Shown: positions 36,255 through 46,277, numbered from the stretch's first letter. The stretch is DNA of 64,000 nucleotides from Thermoproteota archaeon (GCA_026986575.1 JALSOH010000006.1:96001-160000), one strand, 5' to 3'. The notes: generated by a model not told the origin, from the letters alone. Numbers and translations are program-made.

Positions 36255-37034
36255 TCATCCTATGTATATCTCGATTACCTTGGGGTTATTCGCGACCTCA
36301 TCAGGCAGTCCCTCTGCGATTAAAGTCCCCCTATCGAGGACGTACACGTAGTCAGCGAAAGGTAGGGCTATATCTATCCTGTGCTCTATCAGGAGGAAGC
36401 TGACATCCCACTGCTTCCTGAGGTTGCTCACGTAAGTCAGGATCTCACCAGCGTAGGCAGGATCTACTCCACCTATCGGCTCATCGAGGGCTATTAGCTT
36501 AGCTCCCGTTGCAAGGGCCCTAGATACCTCTAGCATCTTAAGCTGACCCCCTCCCAAGGTGACAGCGAGCTTATCCCAGTGATCCTCTAATCCCACGTGC
36601 CTTAATATCTCAAAGGCCTTCTCCACCTTCTCCTCTTCCTCCTCTATCCACAGTGATTTTATGGGCGCCTTCAATGGGCTCTCCCCTGAGTGGCTCATAG
36701 CCGCAAGTACGTTCTCTAAAACAGTGAGCCTCAAGAAGGGAGCGGGAATCTGGAAGGTCCTAACGAAACCGGCCCTGTAAACCTTGTGCGGGGGCCAGCC
36801 CGTTATATCTATCCCATCAAATACTACCCTGCCCCCATCGGGCTTTAGCACTCCAGTACATGTGTTGACGAAGGTGGATTTACCGGCGCCGTTCGGACCC
36901 ATGAGCATGGTCATAGAATTCCTCTTGACTTTTAGGGAGACGTTGTTCACTGCTATGAGACCGCCGAACCTCTTGGTCAGGTTCTCAGTGATCAGTATGT
37001 ACTCCTCCTTACTTTCAGCCAAGAGCATCACCAC
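36255..37034 (-). CDS. livG: Branched-chain amino acid ABC transporter ATP-binding protein
   Basis: KRFGGLIAV, GPNGAGKST, RTFQ, LDEP, IEH, NPKVIEIYIG. Confidence 0.92.
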   Translation of the reverse strand: MVMLLAESKEEYILITENLTKRFGGLIAVNNVSLKVKRNSMTMLMGPNGAGKSTFVNTCTGVLKPDGGRVVFDGIDITGWPPHKVYRAGFVRTFQIPAPFLRLTVLENVLAAMSHSGESPLKAPIKSLWIEEEEEKVEKAFEILRHVGLEDHWDKLAVTLGGGQLKMLEVSRALATGAKLIALDEPIGGVDPAYAGEILTYVSNLRKQWDVSFLLIEHRIDIALPFADYVYVLDRGTLIAEGLPDEVANNPKVIEIYIG

Positions 37035-37096
37035 GCATCCCGGTCGTCTGATTAAAATAAATGCTTTACCAAGTGTAAGATGCGAGATGTTAGTCG

Positions 37097-37112
37097 TAAA
37101 AAAGAAGAAAAG
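37097..37112 (-). terminator. U-rich terminator after the solute-binding protein gene
   Basis: Minus strand TTTTCTTCTTTTTTT just after the stop codon. Confidence 0.55.
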
Positions 37113-37124
37113 GTTTGAGAGGGA

Positions 37125-38516
37125 TTAGCTCTTGCCTAAGAGCTGGAGGAACCAATCGTTCCAAGTTATCTTTCCGGAGTCAGCGTGGTAGGTACCGGCT
37201 AGCTTCCAGACCCACTTGCCGCCCTCTTGGGCCGGCATGTAGAAGAAGTAGTCGGCGCTCGCCCTGTCTCCGTTCTTGTTAAGGACAATCACGCCGGAGG
37301 CGCCGTACCAGTGCTCTCCAATGGTGGGCAGCACCTTAGCAACGGCGACGGGATCGTAGGAGTCCACCAAATCGAGTGCTACGGCGACGGTCCACAGGGC
37401 ATCGTAGGCAGCATAGGCATAGCTGTCAGGCTCCCTTCCCAAGGTCTTCAGCACGTAGTTCTTTACCTTCTCCTTGATCTTAGTAGCGGCTCCGAATATC
37501 GGGCTCACGAACTTGGTGTCATAGGCGAACTTAGCCGCGTCAGGGTTGCTAGTTATTTCACTGAGCAAAGCAGTTCCGTCAGATCCTACCCATGGCACCT
37601 TCTTGAGCGAGTCATACTGGGCAGCCACAGCAGCGAACTGCACGTACTCGTTGAATCCTATGAAGGAGACTCCCACCTTGTCAGCTCCATACTTCTGGAT
37701 GAGCTGGCTCACTATGGAATCGAGCTGCGATACCACAGCGGAGAACTCGGTGGCCTGAGGATCGTACCTTATGCCTTTACCGTTCTTGGCGCCCCATATC
37801 TCTCCAGTCTCACCATGGGCCTTCAGTATCTTATCGAACTCCTCATCTATCTTCTCAGCTAGGGCAGTTCCCCACTCATCGCCCCTCCAGACCTGAACGA
37901 GGTACCTCACTCCCAACTGGTAGAGGGCGGTAGCACTAGCCGGACCCTGTATCTCATCGGTGGGACAGTACCTGTAAATCATGTCTCCGGGTATGGCGAG
38001 TCTCGGGGATGTGGAGGACTGGGATATCAGGAGCAGTTTGTTGGAGTCGACATAGTTCTTGAGCTCCTTGACCTCGGCGCTGCTCATCGGCCCTATGAAT
38101 ATCTTGACTCCCCTAGAGTGGAGAGCCTGTACCTTGTCCAGCGCGGTCTTCGGGTCGGTCGCAGTATCTTCATAGTACACCTTTATGCGCCAGTTCTCCC
38201 CTCTGGCAGCGAGCCAGTCATTTATCTCCTTCTCAGCTAACTCAAGAGCGGCCTTACTGTTCTCTCCGTAGGAGGAGAGACCACCAGTGAGGGCCAGCAG
38301 GGCCCCTATCGGGACCTCTCCCTTGAGCCCTGCGGCAGCTGCTCCAGCCTTGGTTACCGTCTGGGTTATGGTAACAGTCTTAGCTCCAGGAGCTCCAGCG
38401 GTTACAGTCGTGGTGACGGTCTTGACGCCGCCCCCTGCTCCACCCGCGGCCCATCCTATGCCTATCCCTATAATCAGGAGTATCAACATGAGGGCGTATG
38501 CGGTCTTGTCTGACAT
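37125..38516 (-). CDS. Branched-chain amino acid ABC transporter substrate-binding protein, membrane-anchored
   Basis: N-terminal TM plus Thr-rich linker; IGALLALTG, EDTATDP, IGPMSS, SSTSP, YAAYDA, GDR. Start follows GGTGA. Confidence 0.92.
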   Translation of the reverse strand: MSDKTAYALMLILLIIGIGIGWAAGGAGGGVKTVTTTVTAGAPGAKTVTITQTVTKAGAAAAGLKGEVPIGALLALTGGLSSYGENSKAALELAEKEINDWLAARGENWRIKVYYEDTATDPKTALDKVQALHSRGVKIFIGPMSSAEVKELKNYVDSNKLLLISQSSTSPRLAIPGDMIYRYCPTDEIQGPASATALYQLGVRYLVQVWRGDEWGTALAEKIDEEFDKILKAHGETGEIWGAKNGKGIRYDPQATEFSAVVSQLDSIVSQLIQKYGADKVGVSFIGFNEYVQFAAVAAQYDSLKKVPWVGSDGTALLSEITSNPDAAKFAYDTKFVSPIFGAATKIKEKVKNYVLKTLGREPDSYAYAAYDALWTVAVALDLVDSYDPVAVAKVLPTIGEHWYGASGVIVLNKNGDRASADYFFYMPAQEGGKWVWKLAGTYHADSGKITWNDWFLQLLGKS

Positions 38517-38527
38517 ATTCATCACCT

Positions 38528-38543
38528 CGGGGTTTAAACCCCG
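38528..38543. promoter_or_regulatory. Perfect 16-bp palindrome CGGGGTTTAAACCCCG at the binding-protein gene 5' end
   Basis: Read directly; lies between the TATA box (TTTTAAAA, minus strand, about 38567-38574) and the RBS. Confidence 0.6.
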
Positions 38544-38804
38544 CTGAAGGTCATACCATCCCTTTATTTTAAAATGATTATGGCCGCATATCAGCAATAA
38601 GCTATTGGACATGGCGAATTATATTGAAGAGAGATGCTCTCTTTGACATTAGTTGTATCCAAGGAGGCTTGAAGTCATTAAGAGGAGCTCAGCTCTAATT
38701 CCCCTAATCTCCGCAAAGGGACCCGGATACACCCTCAGCGCAACTAGCAGCAATTATGTTTTTAACAATCCTGAAGGGAGTTGAGAAGAGTGGGTTAAGT
38801 TGGG

Positions 38805-39779
38805 GTGATCCTAATGCAGATTCTCGCTGGGCCGATAGTACAGATCCTTATGACAGCAATAGGCTTCTCAGGCGGGCTGGCCTTGGCTGCCGCCGGGATA
38901 ACTCTAATATATATGACCACAGGCACCTTCAATTTCGCTCATGCCTCTATGACTGCATGGGGATTCTATATCGTATTTTCACTATACAAGGTGCTGCTAG
39001 GGGGAAATCCCTACTTGTACTTTCCAGTGGCATTCATATTCTCCGGTATCCTAGGAGTCATCACCTATCTAGTAGTGAACAGGTGGCTATTGAAGAGAGG
39101 GGCTGACATGGTCACCCTAATGATGTCGACACTGGGCGTTGACCTCGCCTTCTTCGCATTCATTAACATATTTGCAGATTACCTGACGGCCACATATAAG
39201 GTCAACACTAGACTGATTGTCTTGACCACTGAGGATATAATATTAGGCAAGATTGGCACCTTCCCGTTTAAGGCAATAACGGTAATCTCGGTCGCGATAG
39301 TCGTAGGAATGGCTCTATTCTTCTACCTACTCCTGAACAGAACCAAGTTCGGAATAGCCTTCAGGATAACGGTAGAAAATCCATCTCTAGCCTCAATACT
39401 GGGGATAAATACCGAGACGATTTACCTCTTCGCATGGTTCATGGGAGGAGCGATGGCTGGGCTGGGTGGAGCTATATTGTCTCTAGTGATCAGCGGTACA
39501 CCTACCGTCGGGAACACTGTGATAGTACCAGAATTCGCCGCATCAATAGTGGGAGGTCTCTACTCAATATATGGCGGACTAGTTGGAGGATTCCTAATTG
39601 GTCTCAGCCAGAAGCTGATAATAAACTGGTTAGGAAGCGTACTGGGAGGCAACATAGTGGTTTACGAGCCCATCATACCTCTGCTCATAATGGCTGCGAC
39701 GCTTCTGCTCTACCCAGAGGGTCTCGCTGGTATAGATTGGAGGAGAATCTTCTCGAGATCGAAGTCTAGCAGGAGGTGA
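38805..39779 (+). CDS. livH: Branched-chain amino acid ABC transporter permease
   Basis: GITLIY...FNFAHA, TKFGIAFR...ENP.LA..LGIN, IVGGL.SIYG. Confidence 0.9.
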   Translation: MILMQILAGPIVQILMTAIGFSGGLALAAAGITLIYMTTGTFNFAHASMTAWGFYIVFSLYKVLLGGNPYLYFPVAFIFSGILGVITYLVVNRWLLKRGADMVTLMMSTLGVDLAFFAFINIFADYLTATYKVNTRLIVLTTEDIILGKIGTFPFKAITVISVAIVVGMALFFYLLLNRTKFGIAFRITVENPSLASILGINTETIYLFAWFMGGAMAGLGGAILSLVISGTPTVGNTVIVPEFAASIVGGLYSIYGGLVGGFLIGLSQKLIINWLGSVLGGNIVVYEPIIPLLIMAATLLLYPEGLAGIDWRRIFSRSKSSRR

Positions 39780-40864
39780 TAGTTATGATGGAGGGCATAC
39801 TTGAGTACCTCTACAATCCCCTTGTGCTGAGCATCCTAGTTAATATGGCCGTATTCCTCATAGTTACCTTAAGCCTCAACCTAGAAACTGGATTTGCGGG
39901 CATTCCACAGTTCGGTAGGGTGTTAGCAGTTATAGCTGGAGCTATAGGCGCAGGTGCGATAGCAGGAAGGATGATGGCGGCTATGATGGGATTACCTGCA
40001 GGTATCGAATATGTAGGGGATCAGAACTTCGTGATCGTAGGAGAGTTAAACAAAGCCCTGGAATCAAGTCCCCTCCTATCGATAGGAGCTCTCATTCTTA
40101 GTTTGGCTGTGGCGGCAGTAATGGGAGGTATAATGGGCTATCTAGCATCCTATCCAGCGATAAGGTTGAAGGAAGCCTACTTAGGCATCACCCTGCTAGC
40201 TTTCGGCGACGCACTCCAAATAGTGGGAATGTACTACGATCCCTTGGCAGGTGGAACAGCGGGAATAGTAGTCCCCGATGTCTTCAGGTTCGTGGGGACA
40301 GGGGAAATAAGGTTCCTCAGCAGCACATTGATAATACTGGGAATAGCTATCTTGGTATACCTGTATGTCCAAAGGCTAGCTAGATCGCCCTTCGGCAGGG
40401 CCCTCAAGGCCATGAGAGATAATGAGCTCGCTGCCAAGGTATACGGGAAGGACATTGTAAGTTTGAGGGCCAAAACCTTAATCATAGGAGGCGCGCTGGC
40501 TGGGATGGGGGGTGCTCTCTGGACCCTTTACACCGGGAGCTTCAAAGCCCTCACCTACAACAGGCTTACTTGGACCTTCTGGCCTTGGGCGTTCATGATG
40601 TTAGGAGGTACTGGAAATAACCTCGGTATAGTTCTCGGTACCTTGGTATTCTCCACCGTCAGAAGTCTGATCTATGCGTACAAGACTGAACTGACGGCAT
40701 TCATACCAATAAATCCAAATTGGCTTGAGTATCTCCTGATTGGCGTCATAATAATCGCAATTGCCTTGTTCAGACCTCAAGGAATACTTCCAGAGAAGCC
40801 AGAGCTTCCACTATCGAAGAAGAAGATCGAGAGCATAAGGGCTTCCCTAGCTAAGGGAGACTGA
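39776..40864 (+). CDS. livM: Branched-chain amino acid ABC transporter permease
   Basis: LSLNLETGFAG, RLKEAYLGITLL, SPFGRALKAMRDNE, LGGTGN, RPQGI. Confidence 0.9.
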   Translation: MIVMMEGILEYLYNPLVLSILVNMAVFLIVTLSLNLETGFAGIPQFGRVLAVIAGAIGAGAIAGRMMAAMMGLPAGIEYVGDQNFVIVGELNKALESSPLLSIGALILSLAVAAVMGGIMGYLASYPAIRLKEAYLGITLLAFGDALQIVGMYYDPLAGGTAGIVVPDVFRFVGTGEIRFLSSTLIILGIAILVYLYVQRLARSPFGRALKAMRDNELAAKVYGKDIVSLRAKTLIIGGALAGMGGALWTLYTGSFKALTYNRLTWTFWPWAFMMLGGTGNNLGIVLGTLVFSTVRSLIYAYKTELTAFIPINPNWLEYLLIGVIIIAIALFRPQGILPEKPELPLSKKKIESIRASLAKGD

Positions 40865-41891
40865 GTACTCCATCTCCACTTTTTCCTATCAATGTGGGGA
40901 TTTCATCCTTGACACCAAGTCTGGGGAGCAGGCACCTCACTAAACTACCCCTCCTATTTCCCGTTATGAATAGAGGTGATCCACTCCTTCTGACTTCACT
41001 TAGGAGAAGGTCCACCCCCTCGCAGGAGTCGGGGAGGTTCATCTCTCCGACCCTCTTGGAAAACTCGTAAGACCACTCTCCAGCCACGGCAACCTTCGAG
41101 TAGTCGACCCATCTCTCCCTAATCATTTTGAGAAAGGCCCATGTCCTCCCGGGCCTGTCCCTTCTGAGCTGAATGAAGATGAAAGGGCTTTCACCCAGCC
41201 ATCTAACCAAAAGGGTCGCGCTATCCGGATCATTAACCTTAGATGCGTCAAAGTAAACTATTCCGTTAATCTCCTTCCACCTAAGCTTCTTCTTGATTGC
41301 CTCAAGGTAAGCATCGATGTTCACACTTCCTAACCCGAGGAATTCCAAGATTTCGTTCAGAAGGACCGGGATCTCAGCACCCGGCAGGTGGGGGTGGGCA
41401 GGTCCGACCCTTACGAGCTTCTTGGCTTTTTTACTCATTATATCGTTTAAGTGATCGTTCGTCTCACCGCTGAACACTATTTCCGCTTTTCCAAAGGAAG
41501 AAGCAATGGATCTGGCTATTTTCTCCCTAGTCCTGCCCATCTCCTCCACGTGATCTAACCTCACATTGGTCACAGCAACGATTTGAGGCTTAACGAAGAG
41601 ATCGTTGAATACCCTCATCGTGTAAGGGGACACTCCCTGATTCTCTAGAACGCAATAATCCGAATGTGGAACGCTGAAGAGATTCTCGTAAAGCCTAGTG
41701 GGTCCTCTACGCCTCAAGATCTTGACGTCCTTTCCGATACAAAGAAGAGGGAGTGTACCAGTGACCTTGCAGAAAGAGGTCTTCTTCCTATAAACTACCT
41801 CACTGTGCAACGAAATGGATAAGCTTGTCTTCCCCCTAGTCCCTTGGACGGAGATCCTCGTATCGGCTATCCTCCAAGGCGGGCCCCTCAT
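40851..41891 (-). CDS. capB: Poly-gamma-glutamate synthase CapB/PgsB-like Mur-ligase family protein
   Basis: RISVQGTRGKTS, KVTGT, VLENQG, VTNVRLDHVEEMG, KVNDPDS, RRDRPGRT. Confidence 0.82.
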   Translation of the reverse strand: MRGPPWRIADTRISVQGTRGKTSLSISLHSEVVYRKKTSFCKVTGTLPLLCIGKDVKILRRRGPTRLYENLFSVPHSDYCVLENQGVSPYTMRVFNDLFVKPQIVAVTNVRLDHVEEMGRTREKIARSIASSFGKAEIVFSGETNDHLNDIMSKKAKKLVRVGPAHPHLPGAEIPVLLNEILEFLGLGSVNIDAYLEAIKKKLRWKEINGIVYFDASKVNDPDSATLLVRWLGESPFIFIQLRRDRPGRTWAFLKMIRERWVDYSKVAVAGEWSYEFSKRVGEMNLPDSCEGVDLLLSEVRRSGSPLFITGNRRGSLVRCLLPRLGVKDEIPTLIGKSGDGVLSLP

Positions 41892-41900
41892 TCAATCCCC

Positions 41901-42344
41901 TCACACTTTTAGAAAATTAACTAAAATGGAGGTCACGGACAGCTGTAACGTAAAGAATATTGCCGAAAAAGTGACCGTCAATTCCGGTTCTCGCGACGTA
42001 TGTATGTCGTAGGATAACAGTCCAGGGAGCGTGGAAATCAAGAGATACTCGATGCATAAGGAGTTGAAAGTCATAATGAGAACGGTGACGGAGCTGATGA
42101 TGCTCTGAAGAAAGAACATTCTCATTCCATAGAACAGGAATTTCCTGTACACCAGCTCCCCAGCTAAATACGACGTTATAGAACTTACGATGATTACCGG
42201 AATTGATTCAGGCATCAGCGAGGAGAAGGAAGCCAGCAAAGGAATGGACAGGGACACCGCTCTGAAGCTGAACCTTTCATATGCAACCCATACAATAGAA
42301 AGAGCAATGATCAATGATGCGTAAGCCACTATTACTCCTTCCAT
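41901..42344 (-). CDS. capC: Poly-gamma-glutamate biosynthesis membrane protein CapC/PgsC-like
   Basis: About 150-aa hydrophobic protein with FYGMRMF (cf. LYGRR.F) and PGLLSYD (cf. PGLIA), directly upstream of capB. Confidence 0.72.
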   Translation of the reverse strand: MEGVIVAYASLIIALSIVWVAYERFSFRAVSLSIPLLASFSSLMPESIPVIIVSSITSYLAGELVYRKFLFYGMRMFFLQSIISSVTVLIMTFNSLCIEYLLISTLPGLLSYDIHTSREPELTVTFSAIFFTLQLSVTSILVNFLKV

Positions 42345-42476
42345 CTCCGCTAGAGCCCTTGAATTACAAATAACGGTTTATGTCAAAAGGCGAAATTCGA
42401 ATCGTGATGTTAAAGACCTTAATATTTAATAGCTTTCGGACCTTCATATCCACGACCCTTCAAGGGGGGATATCCT

Positions 42477-43745
42477 ATGTCCACGGAACTCAATCCATGG
42501 GAAGTTGCCCTTAAGCAGCTTGATAAGGCTGCTAAGGTTATGAATCTCGATCCCGGACTACATGCGATTTTGGCCAAGCCCAAGAGGGTCCTCGAGGTGG
42601 CCCTCCCCGTCAAGATGGATGATGGATCCATAAAGGTCTTCACTGGGTGGAGGGTCCAGCACAACGACGCTAGGGGGCCCCACAAGGGAGGTATAAGGTA
42701 CCACCCCAACACCGATGTTAACGAGGTCAAGGCTCTAGCCATGTGGATGACTTGGAAGACCGCCGTCGTTGATGTGCCCTATGGTGGTGCCAAAGGAGGA
42801 ATACAGGTAGATCCTCACAAGCTCAGCCTTGCCGAGCTAGAGAGGCTCACTAGGAGATACGCCTATGCAATAGCCCCCATAATCGGTGTGGATGCCGATA
42901 TTCCTGCTCCCGACGTGTACACCTCCCCGAGGGAAATGGCTTGGATAATGGACACCTACAGCATGCTCAAGGGCTACCCCGAGCCCGGTATAATCACCGG
43001 CAAGCCGCTCGAGATAGGCGGTAGTGAGGGCAGAGTGGAGGCCACCGCTAGAGGTCTGCAATACACCGTTGAGGAGGCGCTTAAAGTCCTCGGTATAGAT
43101 CCGAAGGGAGCCACTGCTGCCGTGCAGGGATACGGTAATGCTGGTTACTTCTCCGCCAAGTTCATGCATGAGCTCGGTATGAAGGTCGTGGCAGTGAGCG
43201 ACACTAGAGGCGCCATCTACAACCCCGACGGCCTCGATCCCGATGCCGTGCTCGAGCACAAGAAGAAGACCGGCAGCGTGAAGGACTTCCCTGGCTCCAC
43301 TCCGATAGCTGCAGATCCTATAGAGGGTAACAAGAAGCTGCTCGAGCTTGATGTGGATGTGCTGATCCCTGCTGCAATTGAGAATGTAATAACTAAGGAG
43401 AACGCCGACAATGTGAAGGCAAAGATAGTGGCCGAGGCTGCCAACGGTCCGACCACGCCTGAGGCTGATGAGATACTGTTCCAGAAGGGCGTGCTTATAA
43501 TACCTGACATCCTCGCCAACGCCGGTGGTGTGACCGTCAGCTACTTCGAGTGGGTGCAGGCTAGGACTAGGGAGTGGTGGGACATAGACACCGTCAGGCA
43601 GAAGCTCAGGGCCAAGATGACCAAGGCCTTCAGGGACGTCTACAACAAGCACAAGGAAATGAACATAGACATGAGGACCGCTGCTCTGGTACTCGCTGTC
43701 GGCAGAGTGGCCAAGGCCATGGAGATCAGGGGCATTTGGCCCTGA
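42477..43745 (+). CDS. gdhA: Glutamate dehydrogenase
   Basis: [71 protein letters not shown]. Confidence 0.98.
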   Translation: MSTELNPWEVALKQLDKAAKVMNLDPGLHAILAKPKRVLEVALPVKMDDGSIKVFTGWRVQHNDARGPHKGGIRYHPNTDVNEVKALAMWMTWKTAVVDVPYGGAKGGIQVDPHKLSLAELERLTRRYAYAIAPIIGVDADIPAPDVYTSPREMAWIMDTYSMLKGYPEPGIITGKPLEIGGSEGRVEATARGLQYTVEEALKVLGIDPKGATAAVQGYGNAGYFSAKFMHELGMKVVAVSDTRGAIYNPDGLDPDAVLEHKKKTGSVKDFPGSTPIAADPIEGNKKLLELDVDVLIPAAIENVITKENADNVKAKIVAEAANGPTTPEADEILFQKGVLIIPDILANAGGVTVSYFEWVQARTREWWDIDTVRQKLRAKMTKAFRDVYNKHKEMNIDMRTAALVLAVGRVAKAMEIRGIWP

Positions 43746-43747
43746 AC

Positions 43748-43767
43748 TTTCTCTTTCCTTTTTATTC
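43748..43767 (+). terminator. U-rich terminator after gdhA
   Basis: TTTCTCTTTCCTTTTTATT immediately after the stop. Confidence 0.6.
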
Positions 43768-43891
43768 AAATTTTAACTACTTTAATCTGGAAAAAGCCCA
43801 AGAAAATGTGAGGACCTTTTGTGCACTACCTAGAACCGTTAAAACAGGAGGGGAGAAGGAACATAAGTCCCGTTGGGTGATTATGACCCAG

Positions 43892-45355
43892 CTACCTCTG
43901 GAGGACCCCTACCTCATGGGCAGATTTGACTTCGGAGACCAATTCCTCCCACAGCCTCTCGTTGAACTCACAGCTGGGATCTGGTCCGAGAGGATCTCCG
44001 TAGTAGGCGTAAGCCCTCGCCCTGCACCCTCCACATATATACCTGTAGGGACAGAAGGAGCAGTAATGGGAATCCCTATCCCTCAACTTGTTGAACAGCT
44101 CGTTATTCTGCCATACGTTTAGGAAGCCATCCCTAAGGACGTTGCCCACGACAATGGGCATGAAGACGCAAGGTTGTATATCTCCATTATGCTCTATGGA
44201 GCAGTATATCCTTCCCGCACCGCATCCTCCCAGAAACTCTCCAAGAGCGAAGCCAGCCGCCATGTACTCGTCTGGTATGCTCAAGTCAGCGAAATGCGTC
44301 GGAGCGAGCTTTCCTCCCCTGTCAACTCCCTTCAAGGAGACTACGGCATATATAGGACTTGTGGAGAAGGCTTGTAGTCTCCCTGAAGACAGCTCTTCGT
44401 AAAGTAATTCAAGTACCTCATTCCTCTCCTTCGGAGATAGGTCCATCTCAACGATCTCCTTTCCCCTACCAGTCGGTATGAAGTTGAAGGCTATGAAGCG
44501 ATCGACCCTCAGCTCCTTCGCTAACTCTATCATCTCTGGGAGCTGCTTATAGTTAATTTTAGTGACAGTCGTAGCGATGCCTACCTCCAGACCCGCACTT
44601 TTCGCATTCTTGATGCCCTGCACTGCTCTCTCCCATGCTCCCCTCACCCCACGGAACCTGTCGTGCTCCTCTGGATACGGAGAATCTAGGCTCACCTCTA
44701 CATATCTTACCCCTATCTGCTTTAACCTCTCAGCGACATCCGGTCTTATCAGGGTCCCGTTTGTAGCCACACTGACGTACATCCCAGTTTCAGCCGCCTT
44801 TCTGGCCACGATCCAAAAATCAGGGCTCATAAGGGGCTCCCCTCCAGAAAAGGAAAGCGCAGCCACTCCAGCCTCGTCTAGTTGCCTGAGCACCTCGAGC
44901 TTCTGATCTAAGGTGAGCTCATCAGGTGCTGGGAAGGGTCCCGCGTTAGCGTAACAGTGCTTGCATCTGAGATTGCACCTCTTAGTAAAGTCCCACACGA
45001 CCATGAAGGGAGCGTAAAGCCTCTGGGGCCTAGTGATACCGTAGTAAGCTATTCCTAGGAGAACGTTGGCGACACCCCTCCTCATATAGGCATCTTTTAG
45101 ACCATTCCTGAGGGATTCCTCATTTACACCGAATCTAGATGCGGCCTTGGAGAGTATTAAAGTAAGCGTGGAGGAGAGAGTCCTCTCCTTCAAATTAGTC
45201 GGCTCCTCCACTCCCGCGTAGATTCCTAGAAGCTTAACGATGTTCTTAGGAGGACCTAACCTCCTTATAACCGAGCGAGTTAGTGGATTACCAAGGAGCC
45301 TCCTCAGGAAGTAGATCAGATCGTTAACCTCCACTCCACTCGCCCGCTCCTCCAT
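43892..45355 (-). CDS. Radical SAM/SPASM protein, candidate GMGT (H-shaped tetraether) synthase Gms
   Basis: N-terminal helical extension (LLGNP...YAG...RRGVANVLLGIAYYGITRPQRL.APF.VVW), CNLRCKHC, SPASM (GGCGAGR.YC, PCVF, CSFC..ICGGCRARA, DPSC). The Gms call rests on recalled family resemblance. Confidence 0.75.
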   Translation of the reverse strand: MEERASGVEVNDLIYFLRRLLGNPLTRSVIRRLGPPKNIVKLLGIYAGVEEPTNLKERTLSSTLTLILSKAASRFGVNEESLRNGLKDAYMRRGVANVLLGIAYYGITRPQRLYAPFMVVWDFTKRCNLRCKHCYANAGPFPAPDELTLDQKLEVLRQLDEAGVAALSFSGGEPLMSPDFWIVARKAAETGMYVSVATNGTLIRPDVAERLKQIGVRYVEVSLDSPYPEEHDRFRGVRGAWERAVQGIKNAKSAGLEVGIATTVTKINYKQLPEMIELAKELRVDRFIAFNFIPTGRGKEIVEMDLSPKERNEVLELLYEELSSGRLQAFSTSPIYAVVSLKGVDRGGKLAPTHFADLSIPDEYMAAGFALGEFLGGCGAGRIYCSIEHNGDIQPCVFMPIVVGNVLRDGFLNVWQNNELFNKLRDRDSHYCSFCPYRYICGGCRARAYAYYGDPLGPDPSCEFNERLWEELVSEVKSAHEVGVLQR

Positions 45356-45553
45356 ACTAGGTCCAATACAAAATATAGCACGACTCTCGAATAAAATATT
45401 TTCTATTTTTCCATGACAAGCGGTATATAAAATCCTAATAAATAAAACCCCGCATATATCAATTAATTTTTGAGAAAGGTGATGATTGCAGCTATATAAG
45501 GATTGGCGGGGCTCCGTCAATGGAAAAATTATTCCGATTAATGGAATATTGTG

Positions 45554-45581
45554 CTGATGGGAATGTTTATAAATCCATCAG
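45554..45581 (+). promoter_or_regulatory. ssb TATA box (TTTATAAA) enclosed by 7-bp inverted repeat CTGATGG/CCATCAG
   Basis: Read directly. Confidence 0.6.
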
Positions 45582-45615
45582 AGGAGCTAGGCCAACGCCT
45601 CTTGAGGCGAGTAGT

Positions 45616-46050
45616 ATGTCGACCAGCAAGAAAGTATCCGAGCTAAGACCCGGAGATAATAGCGTCAACGTTAAGGTCCGGGTCATCGAAGCGGGCGAAC
45701 CCCGCGTTGTAGAGACTAGGAAGGGCCCCCGAACTCTTTCGGAGGCCACTGTCGGGGATGAGACCGGAAGGGTCACCCTGACCTTGTGGGGAGACCACGC
45801 TGGAAAGCTGTCCGAGGGACAGGTCGTTGAGCTCCAGAACGCATTCACCACCGTCTATAGAGGAAAGGTACAACTCAACTTGGGTAATTTGGGCAGTATA
45901 GCCGAGGCAGAGGATTCCGACGTTGTTCCAGCTGATCAGATTCCAGAGGATGTTCCGGAGGCCCCCGAGGATTACAGGCCTCCTAGGAGAAGGAGGAGCT
46001 ACGGAGGGTACGGAAGGGATAACAGCTACAGGGGCAGGCCTAGGTGGTAG
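45616..46050 (+). CDS. ssb: Single-stranded DNA-binding protein, single OB fold with flexible R/G/Y tail (crenarchaeal type)
   Basis: KVSELRPG..VNVKVRVIE, VGDETGRVTLTLWG, NAFTT.YRG.VQLN. Confidence 0.92.
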   Translation: MSTSKKVSELRPGDNSVNVKVRVIEAGEPRVVETRKGPRTLSEATVGDETGRVTLTLWGDHAGKLSEGQVVELQNAFTTVYRGKVQLNLGNLGSIAEAEDSDVVPADQIPEDVPEAPEDYRPPRRRRSYGGYGRDNSYRGRPRW

Positions 46051-46277
46051 GGTCTCCACCTAATCTCAATATTTTATTACAAATCCGGTTTTTATGCTAA
46101 AATTTCTACTTCTCTTCCATATAACAGGTCATACCAATCAATATAATGTATCTCATGATTTCATTAATCATAATTAATTATTTTATTTTTCAATAGTAGG
46201 AACTTACTCGGAATTTTAACTAGATGATAATTTAAATAGGTGTTAAAGCCAAATCTAGTTGGAGCTGATGCACGCCC

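Noticed and set aside
42837-43769. 310-aa ORF antisense to gdhA
   Set aside because: Shadow ORF produced by the strong codon bias of a highly expressed gene; no motifs.
46051-46277. Very AT-rich gap after ssb as a replication origin
   Set aside because: No ORB repeats or cdc6 nearby; explained by a terminator plus a promoter.
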